Origin: Raillietiella orientalis | Taxonomy: Eukaryota | Assembly (NCBI GenBank): GCA_036172245.1 | Contig: JAYWIR010000016.1 | Coordinates: 1,984,001 to 2,048,000 of the forward strand | Reading direction: 5' to 3' | Length of the DNA stretch: 64,000 nt | Part shown: piece after piece, positions 59,883-64,000 of the stretch | Layout: every line of letters starts with the position of its first letter | Numbering within the stretch: position 1 is the first letter of the stretch | Notes under the pieces: model-generated | Seen by the model: only the letters and a program-made list of their open reading frames with translations | The model's database searches: none | Told to the model about the DNA's origin: nothing | Position numbers and translations under genes: made by a program

Positions 59883-62800
59883 GTTGGTGCTCGCTCCCTC
59901 CCGCGGGTCACCCCGTGGGCCGACCTCTTTCTCCACACCTTCCCGAGTCTCAACCCCCTCCTCTCTCGTCGTCCCCCCAAGCTCCCTGCGGGAATGACCT
60001 CCCCCAGGAGCGGAGTCCACGCCCCTAGGCGCAGGCCGGCGCACGGCGTCCGAGGGTCGCAAGGTCTCCGTCTCCGAATTCCCGACCCTTGCCAGCCGTG
60101 GGGGACGGGTTGCACACCCCAGCCGCCCCAGTTGTTGCTCTCGGAGGTGAAGGCAAGTAGCGAGTGGAGCGGACCCCCCAGGTAAGGAGTAAGGGTCCGT
60201 TTCTCTCCCTCAGGGACGAGGACCTCAGGGGGCGGCTGGGCAGGAAGACTCAGGAGCGACCTTCCCCCCCCCCCTCGTCCTTTTGTCAAGCAGCGAGGGC
60301 TTCGGGAGGGAAGAAAAGGGAAGGTGGCGCCGGGCGCCAGCTCCAACTTCATCAGGAGGTGCCCTCCGTCCCCGCAGGCTCAGACGGGTGCAGTCGTGCT
60401 CCCGGGACCCCCTCGGGGACTCGCAAGCGACGACCCCTCTCTGCCGTTGTCTGCGGGGGCAACGTCCTAGGCGAGCGAGCTTGGGGGAGAGGCCAGCGCG
60501 ACCCGCCCGGGTGCTTCAGGATGGGGCGTGCAGGTCCGCCTCCGCGCTTTGGCGCTCGCTCCAGAGCTGGAGGAAAAGAGACAAAGGGGGGAAGTGGGAT
60601 GCCTCCCCCTTCCTCCCCTAACCGGCCTCCATCCCCAGGAAATTTTCCCCCTCATCCTTCTGAAGGAGCTCCTAGCGAGGCGTTTACTGGCGCAGGGTGG
60701 GAGAGCCCTGGGGAGAAGGACCCTCGCGAGAGTCCGACATCGCCCCGCTCCGAGAAGGAAGAGAAAGGAGTGGTCACGGTCCGCATCTCTTGCCTCTTCC
60801 GCCGCAAAGCTGGCTTCTTCTTATTCATGCTGCGATGGAAAATTTAGCCAGGGGAGGTGATGATCAGCTTGACCAAGAGCCTTCTGGCAAAGGAACTCTT
60901 GCGAGGAGTTCCTTGCGACCTGCTAGAGGAATGGGTCACTTCTCGCGTTCTCTCTCTCATTCTCCACGTTGGACGAAATGAGGATCGGGAGTAGCGAGAG
61001 CGGAGGGAGGGAAGGGATGAGGAGAATGCTGTGGACAGATCTGGAGGAGGGTCCTGTATCGACTCCAGGAAAGCCACTCCGAAGTGGATGGTAATCGGGG
61101 AGAATAAGGGGGGGGAGGGAGAAGAAACGGCATTCCCCCCCGAAGAGCTACGGGGCATCGAGTGCTGCTGCCGATGTCGGCGCTGACCTCCCTTCCGTCC
61201 GGAGCACTCCCAGCTTCCCGAGAAGGACTCCGGACTCCTGCTCAAGTCCGACGCAAGTGCTCCCTTGCACGCTCCCGTCGAGGGAAGGAGGAGGAAGAGG
61301 GGAGGGTTCCGACTCAGGCAGGAGGAACCCAGCGCGAAAGGCATTCCGCCTAGCGCAGAGGTCCAGATCCGGGAGAACTTCTGGACGGGAGCGTTGCTTC
61401 CGGTGAGAAGCTGGCCAGAGAGGATCGATGCGCCTCTCCTGCAGCTTCGAGGGTCGTCGTGCTTCCGGCTGGCTCTCTCTCCAGATTAGCAAATCCAGCA
61501 TCTCCAGCCCGCTCTCCACGATGAGGCAGGAGAACGTTAAGGGAGCGGAGGTGCCGGCGAAACCCTCGTTCCCGCCTCTGCGCACACGCGCACGCTCGTC
61601 CCTCCCCCCCCCCCCCCCTTTTCGTTTTGTTTCCACCGGAGGAGGGGGCTCATTTCCCTCTCTGCTCTGAGAAGGCGGAGGGAGGATGAAGCAGATTTCG
61701 AGAGTCCCGAAATCTGCTCTATCGATTGGACGCGAAGTAGCAGCTGTAAGAAACAAAGGAAGACGAACCAGAGAGACTGCCATCCACGATCTTTTGTTTT
61801 CATTCTTTATTCCTTCCTCCCTCTTCCCTTCCTTCCTCCTCCCTCCCCCCCCCCCCCCTCTTTCCTCAAAATCTTCGCAGCGAAAAATTGGCTGAAATGC
61901 ATTGTCCGTCTCAGCTGCCTTATGATGGAGTCGCTACGCTAAGGATCCTTGAGAGCGTTTCCTCCAGACTGAGGGATGTAGCGGAACCCGAACGTTCCCA
62001 TTCCTATAAGCAAAAAAAAAAAAAAAAAAAATGTGGGGCATTTGTTCGATTAAATACGGCAAAGTGACGTTTCTGAGAGATTTTCTCTGATTTGTGGATA
62101 CCCCAAGCGGGGGAAGGCTATTTATAGATGCTCGCTAACAATGGCACACGGAAGAAGCTGTTGCCAGAGAGAGAGACGAGGCTATTTTTGGACACTCGGT
62201 AACAATGGTCTGTAAACGTTCTCCGTGGACGGATGTCTCTCACACAAGGCTGAAGGGGTGTGCCCCGAGTAGGAAGGATGAGATCGTGCAGTTGGAGGAG
62301 GCTGGTGTCTTCTGCGCCCTTGAATTCCGTGGAATTCCGTCAGGCAGGAATGCGAGAGAATGGGTCGCGTGCATGAGAAATCCATCCCCGCTCAGCCTTT
62401 CAGAAGAATGTAATTTCATCCTCCGGGAGAGGGAGGAAAGGAAGGCAACGCGTTCCTCTGGCTAACCGTTCATCCCGACGCTCTCTTGATTTCACGCCGC
62501 TCCTGGTAGGATGCTCCGCCACATTTCTCCAAAGGAAGCTCAAAGTTATTGCCCCTAGCTTTTCCCAGGACCAGCGGAGGCCTTCGGCGACATGTGGGAA
62601 GGAAGGAGCTCGCTGGCCCCGCCGGGCAGACCTCCGCGATTCGCAGGTTCCTGCGGAGCCACACGTCTCCGGAAGGGTTCGCCAAGAGAATACGGGTGCC
62701 TATCTCTGGCAACATGATGGAAGAGCCGAGGACTTGCAGAGAGCCTCAGTATGCCAGCGTGGGTCGCGAGTTCCTGGGAAAGAGAAGCCAAGGCAGCAAT

Positions 62801-64000
62801 CGCTGCGGACGGGAAGAACTGGCGGGACATTCGAAGACGGCTCGGAACTTTCTCCCGGGAATGGAGGCTGCTCTCGAGGGAATTCGGCCGTCGAGAGAGA
62901 AGTCCCTTTCGCGGTCCACGCATTCCCAGGGGCCGAGGGATCAGAGTTAAGGGAGGAAGGCGGTTGTCAGAGGGACGATGGTATGTACGGTCTGGCGTGG
63001 GGCAGAGAGGGAGAGGTGACCCATTGTGCGGCGAGTGTCGGAGGCCACGATGGAGTTCGTGCCCCATGCATGAGGAGGAGTGGAAAGGGGAAGGAAGAAC
63101 CGACGCCTCTCCCCAAGTCAGAGCTAAAAAGAAGTCCTCTGAACGGTCTCGAAGTCCTTCCGAGAACCAGAGATCCCATCTCATATCAGCGCCGCCAATG
63201 GGAGGGACACCGTCGGAGAAGGTTCTCAGGGAGAAAGAGCAGATGAATGCCAGAGGACTTCGTCTCCTCTCGTTCCTCTCTTGCACAGGGGAAGGAAGGT
63301 GGAAGGAGAGCAAAGTCAGGTGGACGGGAAAGGAAAATGAGAGGTCAGCATCTCTCGGAGAGAAAAAAGGGGGCAGGAATGGGGGAGGAAGAAAGAAGAG
63401 GGGACGGCTGCTATGCCAAGAACCGACCGGGAGAGCTGCTCCTCCCTCGAGAGAGACGAAAGGAGCGAAGAGACGTTCGTAGAACCGCATAGCGAGGCGT
63501 GCCTGCGACTCCATTCGTATGAGGGTATAGCAGGGAAAGGGGGGCGGGACATTCTGGATAAAAGACAGCGTAGAAGAGGGAACGCGAGCCAGCCAAATCC
63601 TTGTATCCGGCTCGCCAACCGGAAGACGCCATCAACCAGAAGTGAACCCCTCCTTTCCCTCTCCCGCAGCCCAGGATTCCGCAACTGTGAGAGCAGCTGA
63701 CTGGAAGGTTACCCCGAAACGTGAACTCCTTTTGCACTCACTGCTCCTGAGCAGTCCCGCAAGAACTCGACGAGGAATAACCACGCGGAGTGCCCCTGCC
63801 GCAGGAAACCTGAAAATTCGGTGATTCCCTTTCCTTTCCTCCGAAAGCTCGGTAGTGGCCAAGAACCCATGCCTTCCGCCGCCGCGCCAAGGGTTCTAGA
63901 CTCCTCTCCCTCCCGACGTCCTCTATGGCAGCTTCTGCGCTCCTCCTGCGCGTTCCCGAAAAGAGATTAAGACAAGAGAAGGGTGCGTTGCCCGAAGGAC

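Noticed and set aside
50900..63000. Scattered weak RT-like words in SLC6 introns (SPGDF near 51.67 kb, LAGH and GRW near 62.8-63 kb) and at 38.0-38.4 kb
   Set aside because: Too degenerate to assign family or boundaries by eye.
1..64000. CRISPR array, tRNA genes or prokaryotic defence/operon systems
   Set aside because: No regularly spaced repeats, cloverleaf-type sequences or intronless gene clusters were seen; all credible genes are spliceosomal-intron eukaryotic genes.

Overview
This is eukaryotic, most likely arthropod, genomic DNA; no prokaryotic operons, CRISPR arrays or tRNAs are visible. Three spliced genes can be built by hand from GT-AG junctions with consistent phases. (1) The last two coding exons of a TPR protein resembling FKBP6/Shutdown (+, 1-1818). 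(2) A complete 9-coding-exon IRAK4/Tube-like death-domain kinase (-, 31272 to 16265, 455 aa) with DCG in place of DFG. (3) The first nine coding exons of an SLC6 neutral-amino-acid transporter of the B0AT2/B0AT3 type (+, 39721 to at least 59882, incomplete). Intergenic and intronic DNA is very GC-rich and full of decayed mobile elements, including a Gypsy pol with a mariner nested in its RNase H, Tx1/L1-like LINE pieces and a Penelope-like fragment. The most unusual structure is at 7.3-9.45 kb: an orphan 28S rDNA fragment, preceded by an R2-like RT remnant and split by an antisense, 5'-truncated Tx1/L1-like LINE with a possible target-site duplication. The insertion lies well upstream of the classic R1/R2 hotspot. 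A near-identical ~640-bp segment also occurs in two IRAK4 introns and carries a splice acceptor. Most long ORFs in the supplied track are GC-content artefacts. All family calls rest on motif recognition, not database searches.
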